Origin: Dendrobates tinctorius
Taxonomy: Eukaryota
Direction of reading: 5' to 3'
Assembly (NCBI RefSeq): GCF_039654945.1
Contig: NW_027361840.1
Span: 2,728,001 to 2,792,000, forward strand
Length of the DNA stretch: 64,000 nucleotides
This document shows, in pieces, positions 1 to 12,000 of the stretch (position 1 is the first letter of the stretch; each line of letters starts with the position of its first letter). The translations under genes were made by a program, and so were the position numbers. The notes below the pieces were generated by a model, which was given only the letters and a program-made list of their open reading frames with translations, ran no database searches and had not been told where the DNA came from.

Positions 1-156
1 GTACGGAATTTCGTCGCTGGGCTGTGGACACACAATGGAATGACCCTGCACTAAGGAGTTAATTTTTTCATGGGGTTTCTGAAAGGGTAAAACAAACTCT
101 GCTAATGTATGAGACTCCCGTCTCTCTGGAGGCTGCTATGGTGCTTGTAGTACGCA

Positions 157-405
157 TTGATCGCCGCTTTCGTCAGAGGTCGCAGGAGACATTGCCTGTG
201 GGGGGGGGCAGTCTCTGGTGAGGTCGCCTCAGGTGAATCCGTGGAACCTATGCAGATCGCTGGTATATCACATAGACATAATAACAAGCATAAATGTCCC
301 TTGCCCAGAAAGCAAGGGGTCTGTTTTTTTTGTGGCAAAAAAGGACATTTTATTAATGCTTGCCCCCTGGTACCTAAGAAAGAAGTGGCGGCGGAAAACT
401 GCTAG
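157..405 (+). pseudogene. Gag C-terminus with zinc knuckle (sushi-like element)
   Basis: EPMQI motif followed by CFFCGKKGHFINACP; TAG stop at 403-405. Confidence 0.85.
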
Positions 406-416
406 GCTCAGAGGGT

Positions 417-3400
417 TTGGAGGAGTCTAGTCTGAGCCTTTGCATATCCTCCGTGGTGGTCTCCGAGTGTATGCTCCCTGCCAAGGTAGTTATCGGGGGC
501 CAAGAGCTGTCGATTACTGTATTTGTAGATAGTGGTTCAGCCGCTAATCTCATTGATGAAAAGTTTGCGCGTACTGCGGGATTTAAGGTGGAGACGCTGC
601 CTAATCCTATCCGGGTGGTTACCATCAATGACTCCCCTCTCTCACAAGGGGAGATTAAAGAGTTTGTGGCTGATGTAAAACTCCACATTGGGGTCCTACA
701 CTCTGAGCGTGTAACATGTAAGGTGCTCAGTAATTTACCTGCTCAGGTAGTTCTGGGGTTTCCATGGTTGTCTATGCACAATCCGGTGATTGATTGGAAA
801 ACCCAGGACATAATTCAGTGGAGCAGATACTGCCAGGAGAGTTGTCTGGCCACGTGTATCTCCGCTGTGACTCCCAGCATCCCGGAGCCACTGCTGGACT
901 TTGCTGATGTATTTTCTGAAAGAGGTTGTTCAGAGCTGCCACCGCACCGACCCTATGACTGTGCTATTAGGTTAAAACCGGGGGCCAAGTTACCAAAAGC
1001 CAGGATGTTTAATATCTCAGGTCCTGAGAGGCAAGCTCTCAAAGAATACATTGCAGAAAGTCTAAGCAAAGGGTACATCAGGCCTTCATCATCTCCATTG
1101 GCGGCGGGGTTCTTCTTTGTCAAGAGGAAAGATGGCGGATTACGCCCGTGTCTGGATTTCAGGGAACTCAACCAGATTACGGTTTGTGACCCCTACCCGA
1201 TGCCACTGATACCCGATTTGTTCAACCAGGTGTCTGGTGCCAAATGGTTTTCCAAACTTGACCTCAGGGGGGCGTACAATCTCATAAGAGTCCGTCAAGG
1301 GGATGAATGGAAGACGGCATTTAATACCCCTGAGGGTCATTTTGAGAATTTGGTGATGCCATTTGGGTTGACGGGCGCGCCAGCAGTATTTCAACATTTC
1401 ATAAATGATGTCTTTTCTCATCTCTTGGCGAAATTTGTTATCATATACCTTGACATTCTTATTTACTCACGCGACCGTGATGCACACATAGAGCATGTTA
1501 GGCAGGTGTTGCAGTTGCTCAGGGAGAACAAGCTCTATGCCAAGCTTGAGAAATGTGTATTTGTCGTCCAAGAATAACCTTTTTTGGGTTATGTAATTTC
1601 CGCCTCAGGGTTTAAAATGGACACCGCTAAGGTGCAAGCGGTGCTGCAGTGGGATCGGCCTGATAATCTCAAGGCGCTTCAGCGATTCCTGGGCTTTTCA
1701 AACTATTATAGGAAATTTATTAAGAATTTTTCTATGATTGCTAAGCCGCTCACCGACATGACTAAAAAAGGTACCAATTTTTCTGTCTGGTCTGAGGCTG
1801 CTGTGCGCGTGTTTGAATTCCTCAAAAACAGTTTTGCTTCAGCTCCCATCCTGGTTCAGCCTGATGTCTCCCTACCATTTACCGTGGAGGTGGATGCAAC
1901 TGAGGTTGGAGTGGGGGTGGTACTGTCTCAGGGTCCATCCTTGGGCGAATTGCATCCGTGTGCCTACTTCTCCAAGAAACTGTCGCCGGCCGAGCGTAAT
2001 TACGATATTGGTAACAGGGAATTGTTGGCCATCAAGTTGGCATTTGAGGAATGGCGACACTTCTTGGAGGGGGCTGTCCATCAGATTACTGTTATAACAG
2101 ACCATAAGAATCTGCTTTATTTAGAGTCTGCTAAACGCCTGTCCCCCAGACAGGCTCGCTGGGCGTTATTCTTCACCCGGTTCAATTTTTTTGTGACATA
2201 CCGACCAGGTTCTAAGAATACTAAGGCGGACGCCTTGTCCAGATGTTTTCCGGGTGGAGAGCCACGTGAGGATCCGGTGCCTATCCTCCAAAAGGGAGTT
2301 GTGGTCTCGGCTCTCACGACAGAGGTTGAGGCAGAGATTGCTGATGCTCAGGAGGAGGTACCGCCGGATCTGCTTCCTAATAAATCATTTGTGCCAATAC
2401 ACCTACGCTTAAAAGTGTTAGGGGAACATCACGATACTGTCCTGGCGGGTCACCCAGGAGTTAAGGGCACTCTGGAACTTGTATCACGTTGTTTTTGGTG
2501 GCCCAAAATCCGGCAGGACGTGGCCTCATATGTGTCAGCCTGTACCACGTGCGCACGGGCCAAGACACCACGCTCCCGTCCTGCTGGCACATTGCATCCT
2601 CTCCTTGTGCCCAGTAAGCCATGGACTGAGATTTCCATGGATTTCATTACGGATTTGCCCTCCTCGGCTGGGAATACGGTCATTCTGGTAATAGTTGATC
2701 GGTTCTCTAAAATGTCGCATTTCATTGCTTTGCCATCTTTGCCCAATGCGAAGACCCTTGCTCAGGTATTTATTCGCGAGGTGGTCAGACTTCATGGTGT
2801 CCCGTCTGACATTGTATCTGATAGAGGTACACAATTTGTGGCAAAATTTTGGAGAGCTTTTTGTTCACGCCTAGGGATTAAATTGTCTCATTCATTGGCT
2901 TTCCATCCTCAGTCGAATGGGCAGACTGAGCGTATGAACCAAAACCTGGAACAATACTTACGCTGTTTTGTGTCTGACAATCAGGAAGAGTGGTCGGCGT
3001 TTCTTCCTCTGGCTGAATTCGCGATAAACAATCATTATCAGGAATCGTCTGGGGAATCTCCTTTCTTTTGTGTTTATGGTCAACATCCCCAATTCTGTAC
3101 CTTGCGCCAAGGGAGCTCTGCGGGCGTCCCTGAGGAGGACCAGTTGGGAGCACAATTGTCATCCGTTTGGAGGAGAGTAAAGCAGCGCTTGCTGAATGTA
3201 GGTTATAGGTATAAACGTGTGGCTGACGGTAGACGTGTGCCTGGTCCGGACCTGTGTGTGGGTGATTGGGTGTGGTTGTCTACAAGGAACATCAAATTCA
3301 AAATACCATCGCTTAAGTTGGGGCCCAGGTTCATTGGTCCATTTAGGATCTCCGCAATTATCAACCCTGTGGCATTTCGTTTAGAGTTACCTGCCGTATA

Positions 3401-3770
3401 CAAGATACATAATGTGTTTCACAAGGCGTTACTTAAGAAAGTCGTGGGTGCTGTTGATGTTTCTCCTGTGCCACCACCTCCCGTCTTGGTGGATGGCACG
3501 TTGGAGTTTGAGGTGTCCAAGGTGGTTGACTCTCGGGTAGTGCGTCGCACTCTACAGTACCTGGTCCACTGGCGTGGCTATGGTCCTGAGGACAGGACTT
3601 GGGTGCCGGCCTCGGACATACATGCGGACCGACTGATTACAGTGTTTCATCGCTGCCATCCGGACAAGCCGGGTCCTCGACATTGTGAGGTTCCTGGGGT
3701 CCCTCTTAGAAGACGAGGTACTGTCATGTCGGACACTGTTCGCACCAGGGTGTCCGGCAGACAGCGGTAA
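417..3770 (+). pseudogene. Pol polyprotein PR-RT-RH-IN-chromodomain, disrupted
   Basis: ORFs 417-1577 and 1584-3770 are in one frame, split by an in-frame TAA at 1575-1577. The RT motif reads YLDILI, so one catalytic Asp of YLDD is missing. Confidence 0.93.
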
Positions 3771-4321
3771 TACCCCATCCTACCACATGGTTCTCAGCGG
3801 CGCTGGTTGGTCTTCTGATCCGGCTTGGATTGGGTTAACCAGGTTGTCATTCTGGCTGAGGGCTTAGCCACGCCCTCTGTCTTTAAATTGCCCTGTGTGA
3901 CTATGGGCGTCGCCGACTATAGCTCTTGCCTTGTGCTAAGCGATACCGGTCTGGAGTGGTGGTCTAAGGAGCATACGGTTGCTGGTGTAGTATATTCCAT
4001 TGTTGCCATTTTGCCTCCCTGTGTTGTATTATTTGGTTGTCCTTGCACATTACTGTATTCCCCTGTGTGTACGCGGTGTGGTGCATTTCCATTATCCCTG
4101 TCCATACTTATTTGTGGGGTCTGGTGTTTGGTCTCCTCACTGGGTGGAGGGTGGTGGGTTCAGCTTAGGGCTGGACCGGAGACAAGGACAGGGTGGAGGC
4201 CCAGGCAGGCACACCTTCAGTGTAAACCCTGGGTTGAGGGACAGACAGGGTTTCCCCTAGTCTGAGGGACACCGCAGGGGCCCCGGGGTTTCAGCCTAAG
4301 TTACCTAGGCTTCCCATGACA
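3722..4321 (+). repeat. 3' LTR of the sushi-like element (600 bp)
   Basis: Begins TGTCATG right after the purine-rich AGAAGACGAGGTAC and ends CATGACA (7-bp terminal inverted repeat). Gmr1 gag sequence follows immediately. Confidence 0.85.
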
Positions 4322-5638
4322 CTGACAGGCCGAGCAGCGGACGCCTCTCGCACAGTACCTGATGAGGACTGTATGGACTATGAGCAGATCAAAGAAGTGA
4401 TCTTGGCCCGGTATGCGCTGACACCAGAGGCCTATCGCCAAAAGTTCCGCGGACTTATAAAACGCGTAACCGATACCCACGCTGAATGGGCCTGTAAATT
4501 ACGGCGGTCACTGCTACAGTGGGTACAAGGGAGCCAAGCAACCACTAAGGAGGACGTCCTCCAGCTCTTCCTGTTAGAACGATTCTTTAATGGACTAAAC
4601 CCCGAGACACAGGAATGGCTTCAGGACAGGCGGCCAACGACTCTTGAGGAAGCCGCTCGTCTGGCCGATGAACATCATGATGCCAGGAGGCCGCAGTTCT
4701 CCGGATCAAAGGTGGTCACTAGGGGCCCGCCCATGGACCTGGAGGGCCCCAAAACACCGAAGATTGTAGGGGGACCAGCTAGAAACCCGGCCTACCACAG
4801 TCCCCCTGGGGCGCGATACCACACCTGCCATCAGCTGGGCCACCTGCACAGACAATGCCCCAACCGGACTCAGCATACCCAGTGGCCAAAGGCGGGAACA
4901 GCTACCTTCAGCCAGGCTGCTGTACACTGCTACCAAGGCGAAGCTGACCCGGCATTGGGGGCTACGACTAACCAAGGGGTGGAAGAGATGGAGGAAGTGC
5001 TGCATGAAGTAGACCCCGTGCAGGCAGCCCGGGCAGATAATCGACAACAGCATCGACAGGTTGTGTGGGTTAAAGGGAAACGTATGCAGGGACTAAGAGA
5101 TTCCGGGGCAACTTTGACCCTTGTGAAGCCTCATTTCGTCCGGGACCAAGAGAAGACGGACCGGACCGTGGCAGTCCGTGTAGCAGGGGTAGCCATAGAT
5201 CGACTACCCACTGCCAGGATTCACCTGAACTGGGAAGTCGGGGATGGCCTTGTTGAGGTCGGCTTGATGGAGGATTTGCCTGCAGACGTCTTGCTGGGAA
5301 ACGACTTGGGGCCCATGTTGTCTGCATTCTCGGTGGCCCCTCTGGCTGAGACATATCCTGTGACCACCCGGAGACAAGCTCGAGCTGCGGAGGCGGAATC
5401 ACACTCAGAGGCCCAGGTAAGACATTCCAGCCCTACACGTATTCCCATAGCCAGACACATTTCTTGGGCCACCCCAGATGAATTTAAGAGGGAGTTACTT
5501 GAGGATCCTTCATTAGAGGGATATTGTGGGAAGGCACATGAGGGGAGGGGGTACTGGAAGGGGAACAGTTTGTATGGAAGCAGGGACTCCTCTACCGGAT
5601 CACAGAGCAGCACCACACAGGGACGAGCCCCACTATAA
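4322..5638 (+). pseudogene. Gmr1-like gag (SCAN-related capsid domain, degenerate CCHC) plus aspartic protease
   Basis: YALTPEAYRQKFR...LERFF...WLQDRRPTTLEEAARLADE; HTCHQLGHLHRQCP; GLRDSGATLTLV; VLLGNDL. Confidence 0.88.
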
Positions 5639-5703
5639 AACGACAGCTGGTAGTTCCCAAGAAGTATAGGCAGGAGTTACTGCGAATCTCTCATGATATA
5701 CCC

Positions 5704-6921
5704 TTGGCCGGGCACTTCGGCGTCAGTCGCACCAGGCATCGTCTGACACAAAACTTCTTTTGGCTGGGGGTAACCTATGATGTTCGTCAGTACTGCCAGA
5801 CCTGTGACAGTTGCCAGTGCATTGGCAAGAGGGGGGATCGATGCAAGGCCAAATTACGCCCCCTCCCCATTGTGGAGGAACCATTTAGCCGAGTAGCGGT
5901 CGATTTGATAGGGCCGTTAGCCAAACCCAGTCCGTCCGGGAAAAAGTATATATTGACAGTGGTAGATTATGCCACACGGTATCCAGAGGTGGTTGCGTTA
6001 TCTAACATACTGGCAGAGACGGTGGCGGCCGCCCTGCTCCAGGTTTTCTCACGGGTTGGATTTCCCCGGGAGATTATCTCGGACCAGGGTACCCAGTTTA
6101 CAGCAGAGGTAACCAACCAACTGTGGAAGCTGTGCGGCGTAAAGTCCATTAGAAGCGCCCCGTACCACCCGCAAACCAATGGGTTGTGCGAACGCTTTAA
6201 CGGGACATTAAAACAGCTCATTGGGACTTTTACCAGGACCTACAGGGACTGGGAGAAATTCTTGCCACACCTCCTGTTTGCCTATCGGGAGGTGCCCCAA
6301 GAATCCACGGGGTTCTCCCCGTTCGAGCTGGTATACGGGAGGCGGGTAAGGGGACCCCTAGACTTAGTGCTGGAACACTGGGAAGGGGAGGGCCTTATAG
6401 AAGGGGTACCTATTGTACCCTATGTGCTGGAATTCCAGGACCGCCTACAGGAGCTGACCCAGGTTGTATGTGAGAACCTGCAGGCGACCCAGCGGCGCCA
6501 TCGCATATGGTACGATCGGAGGGCCAGAGAGTGCACCTTGGAAATAGGACAGAAGGTCCTGGTGTTAGAGCCCACTAAGCAGAAAAAGATTCAAGCTGCA
6601 TGGCAGGGGCCCTACCAGGTAGTGGGGAAAATAGCCGACACAACCTATAATGTCGCCGATTGTGACGACCCCAGGGTTATCCGCATGTTCCACGTGAATA
6701 TGCTGAAGCCCTACCGGGAGCGCCCTGAAGAGGTAGTGGCCATCTGTGCACCTGAAGCAGAGGATTTAGCCGGACTTTCCTTGCCGGATGTCTTAGGGGA
6801 AAGGACTCAGTCTAAAACATGGGACCAGGTACACTTGGGTGAAGACCTAGGCCCCCGGGAGAGACAGCAGGTGGAGGCGTTGTTGAGGCTGCGACAGAGG
6901 CCTGGCACAACACAAGGTTGA
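5704..6921 (+). pseudogene. Gmr1-like integrase, frameshifted from neighbouring domains
   Basis: GHFG...CQTCDSC zinc motif; VAVDLIGP, ISDQGTQF, HPQTNGLCERFN core; GPY motif. Confidence 0.92.
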
Positions 6922-6985
6922 GACCCAGGATCAGACCCCCCTGCGACAAAACCCCTTCCGCGTCCCTGAGTCTGTACGAGAGGGG

Positions 6986-8215
6986 ATGCGACAAAAGATA
7001 CAAGAGATGTTGTGTTTAGGGGTCACTGAAGAGTCAGATAGTCCCTGGGCATCCCCCGTAGTGTTAGTGCCCAAGAAGGATGGGACTACACGGTTTTGTG
7101 TAGACTATCGTAAGCTCAATGAGAAAACAGTGACGGATGCATACCCCATGCCGCATGTGGATGAGTTGTTAGACCGGCTGGCGGGGGCAAAGTATTTGAC
7201 CACCATCGATCTATGCAAAGGCTACTGGCAGATTCCCCTTAGTCCTGACGCTATTCCCAAGTCGCCATTTGTCACCCCGTTCGGCTTATTCCAGTTTCGA
7301 GTTATGCCATTCGGGATGAAGAATGCCTTGGCGACCTTCCAAAGGCTGGCTGACCGGCTTCTGGATGGTCTCCAGCACTATGCTTGTGCCTACCTGGACG
7401 ACATCACCATCTACAGTGCAACAAGGGAAGAGCATCTAAATCACCTAGAAACAGTATTGGACAGGATCCACCAGGGCAGAATCACCCTGAACCCAAACAA
7501 GTGTCACGTGGGCAAAGCAGAGGTTCAGTATTTAGGGCATTGGGTTGGAAGTGGGAAACAACGACCAGAACCAGCCAAGATTGAGGCCATAGCCAAATGG
7601 CCGATCCCACGCACTAAAACCCAGGTCATGGCGCTTCTAGGGACAGCGGGGTATTACAGGAAATTCGTTCCCAATTACAGCAGCGTAGCCAGGCTCCTCA
7701 CTGATCTGACCCGTAAGAACCAACCCCGCCAGGTAACCTGGACCTCAGAGTGTGAGGAAGCCTTCCGCCAACTAAAGGACGCCCTCACCAATACCCCTGT
7801 ATTGGCCGCACCCGATCCAACTACACGTGTCCTTGTTCATACAGACGCTTCTATGTTTGGATTGGGGGCAGTACTGAGCCAAGTCGGGCCGGACGGCCAA
7901 GGACACCCGGTAGCTTACCTGAGTCGGAAACTACTGCCCCGTGAAGTAAGCTATGCGGCCATCGAGAAGGAGTGCCTGGCAGTAGTATGGGCACTCAAGA
8001 AGTTGCAACCATATTTGTATGGACGACAGTTTTCCCTCCTAACGGACCATATTCCCCTAGTCTGGCTTAATAGGGTCTCTGGAGACAACACCAGATTGCT
8101 GCGGTGGAGTTTAGCCCTACAACCTCTTGACTTCACCATCCACTACAGACCCGGCAAACAAAATGGTAACGCCGATGGACTAAGTCGACAAACGGAACTT
8201 GTACCAACCCCATAA
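6986..8215 (+). pseudogene. Gmr1-like reverse transcriptase / RNase H
   Basis: FCVDYRKLN, MPFGMKNA, AYLDD, TDAS, YAAIEKECLA, TDH, NADGLSR. Confidence 0.94.
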
Positions 8216-8290
8216 ACTTCGGTCATCCCCAAACCGATCCGTTGAGGATCAGACTGTGTATGCCGATCGCGTCGCTGAAAAGGGGAGCCG

Positions 8291-8707
8291 TGTTACAGAA
8301 CCACTCAGCACCCAGAATATGTTGTGCAGTTATATGTATATATAATAGGTTCCATGTGAGATGCATGTCCCTAATGTATCAGCAGTGTCCGCCCTCCCCC
8401 CACGTTTGTTATTCCCACAGTAAACATCCGCAGGCTCCGGCCACCTGCGGCTTTTCTAATGCATGTCTGGCCTGACGCTTGTCTATTGGCCGGCCCTCTG
8501 TATCTGTGTGATATATTCTGTGTCCTGTGAGTAAAGTGTTGTCAGACTGGAAATACATGGAGAAGCAGTGATCTTTTATATGCGCCCATGCACTCAGAGG
8601 AATTCCAGCCAGCGTCATTCATTCAGACTCCAGCCAACGCAGAGCGGACCTCCGAAAATACGGGGTGGTACTGAAAGAGGTACCCCAGCTTGGAAGACCC
8701 CGTTACA
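8291..8707 (+). repeat. 3' LTR of the Gmr1-like element (~417 bp)
   Basis: TGTTAC...GTTACA termini directly after a polypurine tract; internal AGTAAA polyA-like signal. Confidence 0.75.
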
Positions 8708-9050
8708 TAGACAAGTACAATAAACATGTGTAGGACAAGGGACACACAAGTACATAAGGAGAGAGGACCCTGCCCGCGAGGGCTCATAGTCTACAGGGAT
8801 GGGTGAGGATACGATAGGAGAGGGTAGAGCAGATTGTGCGGTGGTTCAGTAGACCGAGGATCATTGCAGGCTGTAGGCTTGTCGGAACAGGTGGGTCTTC
8901 AGGTTCTTCTTGAAGGTTTCCGTTGATGGTGATAGTTTGATGTGTTGCGCCAAGGAGTTCCAGAGTATGGGGGAAGCACGGGAGAAGTCTTGTATGCGGT
9001 TGTGGGAAGAAGAGATAAGGGGGGAGTAGAGAAGGAGATCTTGAGAGGAT
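8708..9050 (-). mobile_element. L2 LINE 3' fragment
   Basis: Reverse strand encodes ...LISSSHNRIQDFSRASPILWNSLAQHIKLSPSTETFKKNLKTHLFRQAY*, homologous to the L2 C-terminus at 34195-34593, followed by an L2-type 3' UTR. Confidence 0.85.
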
Positions 9051-12000
9051 CGGAAAGATCAGCTCTAGAGAACTATATGGACCGTCAAATTATACCACGT
9101 GGGTTACGGGTACAACTATACCCATCATTTGAATTGGAGGATGATGTCTTAATCAAACGTTGGATTTCAGCAGCAACAACATGCTCTTTGGAATTTATCC
9201 AAATTATCATCGATAAGAATACAGCATCATTAAAAATTATCGATGATGACATTGATGAGCTTGAGAAACTCATACTAAAAGACATACCAGTAGAAAATGT
9301 TGACAATATTTTGGTTGACATCAATAAGAATGCTGACAAATGGGAGAACGAAGTGTGTCAAAATAAAATTAAGAAATTCCAATGGGATCTTAATGATTAT
9401 GACACCAATAAAATATATCGCTGGCAAAATTAAAAAACCAAGCAGCCCAACAAAGGTAATGGAGGAAAAGACAACTCAAGATCCACTCGCTATAAAAGTC
9501 CCTCTGAGAGTTCAGCACCCTCAGTGTCAGACAACAACACATAAGCGATGGTGAAACCAACCATAGTGAGACATCCAGCATAAGACCTACACCACGGAAT
9601 GACAAAAGACTTCCAGATATAGTTACAAGATCAAGTCATCATATACAAGGCAACCAATTTAAGGTAATCAATCTTTCTGAACATATATTAACTGATGTTC
9701 AGGTTGAGCTCCTGGGGAAGGGTCTGACTTTCTCACCTTCATGTCGCTTAGACACATTCACGACGGTGAGGGATCTACACCTATTCACCAGGAAGCTCAT
9801 TCTTAAAAAAAATCCACCACAAAAACTGCCTTGGGGAAATCACGGGTACAAAAGAGGAAGAAGAAGCCGTAAGGAACTTGGAAGATTTATTACAGGAAAA
9901 CACCGAGTTTAAGGTAAGTAATTTTCCACATAAGATCTTTAACAAATCTAAAAAATTTCCTCCAATGGGCACATGTTCGGCTGTTGAAATTTTTACTAAG
10001 GTCCTTACTACGGAAATAGAAGCCCTTCAGCCAAAACCTTCATGGTCTTCCAACTTGAATAGGGAATAAAAACAGGCTCTCATCAATCTACAATCGCTAC
10101 AAAATGTAGTATTTAAGCCGGCAGACAAAGGGGCAATGTAGTTATATGGCCTACAGTACTATATGAAAAACAAGCACACAAACTACTTAACGCCCCCCCT
10201 ATGCTATCGAAAACTTCCGTATAATCCTCTTTCAAAATATCAAGCCGAACTTCTCTCTATTGTGGAGAAAGCCTTTGAATCAGGTATTATACCGAAAAAC
10301 ATGGTTGAGACTATACACAATCTTCGTCCAAAACTACTGACACTATATGTGCTTACCAAATTACACAAAGACCCGGTGAACCCTCCCGGAAGACCCATAT
10401 CTGGAAATGGTAGCCTCTGTGAGATCGTTGCAAATTTTATTGACCATTACCTAAAGCCCTTGGTAGGCACACTTCCATCTAACATCCAGGACACAACAAC
10501 AGCCTTACAAAAACTAAACCATGTATACCTCGAAGAACACATGATAATGGTAACTGCCGATGTTGAGGCATTGTATACCTCCATCAGGCATGAGGATGGC
10601 ATTAAAGCTGTGTCCTGGTTTCTTAGAAATAGCAACATTGAATTAGACATGATTGAATTGATTTTATGCCTCCTTGATTTTGTGCTCAATCATAATGTTT
10701 TTACATTTGATAAACAAATTTATCTACAAACACAAGGCACTGCAATGGGGGCTTCCTGTGCCCCATCATATGCTAACCTCTTCTTAGGGGCATGGGAAAG
10801 GGACATTTTCCAAAGTGATTTGATTCCTGGAATACATAATGTACAAGGGAGGATGAGGTACATCGATGATGTATGATTTATATGGGACGAAATAGCTGAC
10901 ACCCTCCATACCTTAATGAGCAAATTAAATGAAAACAGTCTTAACATCAAATTAACATATAAATTTGGCAGAGAATTGGATTTCCTGGACCTAAAACTGT
11001 GTCTGTTGATGGGATGATTAATACAAATTTATGTGGGAAACCCACAGCCACCAATTCCCAGCTACATGCCACATCATCCCACCCACCTGCAACAATCAGA
11101 GGCATACCAACCGGTCAATTCCTAAGAGCCAAACGTATCTGCTCCAAACCATCAGATTTTGAAGACCAAGCCGTGGATCTTACAAAAAGATTCCTAAACC
11201 GTGGTTATAGTAAAAGAAGCATTAAAGACGGATACAGGCGGGCAAAACAAGCGTTGAGGGAACATTTACTCTACTCAGCCTCAAAAGATTTCAATAAAAA
11301 TGATAATCAATTGAGATTCATCTCCACTTTCAACAATCAGTGGGATGAAATCAAAAAACTATTGCAAAAACATTGGAATATTTTACTAACAGATCCAGTT
11401 TTGCGCAAAATTCTTCCCTCTGGTCCTTCTGTCGTAGCCAGAAGAAGCTGTAATTTGGGAGACATTCTAGTCCATAGTCACTGTGACCCCCACCCGCCAA
11501 GTCTCAAACGACCATTATCAAAAGGCTTCTTCCCGTGTGGCCTTTGCAAAGCCTGTATTACTATGAAAAAAATCACATTCCTTCTCTAATGCTGATGGAT
11601 CAAAAAATGTTGAAATTAGGAAACAACTCACCTGCGCATCCCAAGGTGTTATATATCACGCCACCTGCTCCTGTAATTTAATTTACATCGGTCTAACCAC
11701 TCGGGAGCGAAAAATCCGGGTAAGAGAACACATTCAGGATATTGAGAAAGCCAAGTCAATAGATGATTATTCTCTCCTGAAAACTTTGCCCCGCCACTTT
11801 AAAAGTTACCACAATTCGAATCCCAAAAATCTTGTCTTTAAGGGTATTGGTCAAATTAGTTTGGGAATACGTGGCGGTGATCTGGGCAAATCCCTGGCCC
11901 AGCTAGAAAGTGGATCTACCGGTCAGGCACCATCACCCCATATGGCCTTAATGAGAACTTTGGCTTTAATTCCTTCTTATAATCCAATAAAATATAGCAT

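Larger units (their letters stand above)
1..4321 (+). mobile_element. Ty3/Gypsy LTR retrotransposon, sushi/chromovirus type; 5' part lies outside the window; inactivated
   Basis: Gag end with CCHC knuckle (CFFCGKKGHFINAC), protease DSGS, RT, RNase H, HHCC-DDE integrase and C-terminal chromodomain (FEVSKVVDSR...YLVHWRGYGPEDRTW), then a purine tract and a 3' LTR. Confidence 0.96.
4322..8707 (+). mobile_element. Gmr1-like Gypsy LTR retrotransposon (integrase upstream of RT), interrupted in gag by the sushi element
   Basis: SCAN-like gag, knuckle and protease (LRDSGA) at 4322-5638; integrase at 5704-6921; RT (YLDD)/RNase H at 6986-8215; PPT AAAAGGGGAG and a 3' LTR. Confidence 0.93.

Noticed and set aside
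8942-9433. 163-aa ORF as a stand-alone gene
   Set aside because: A chimera of antisense L2 sequence and the N-terminal part of the PLE ORF.
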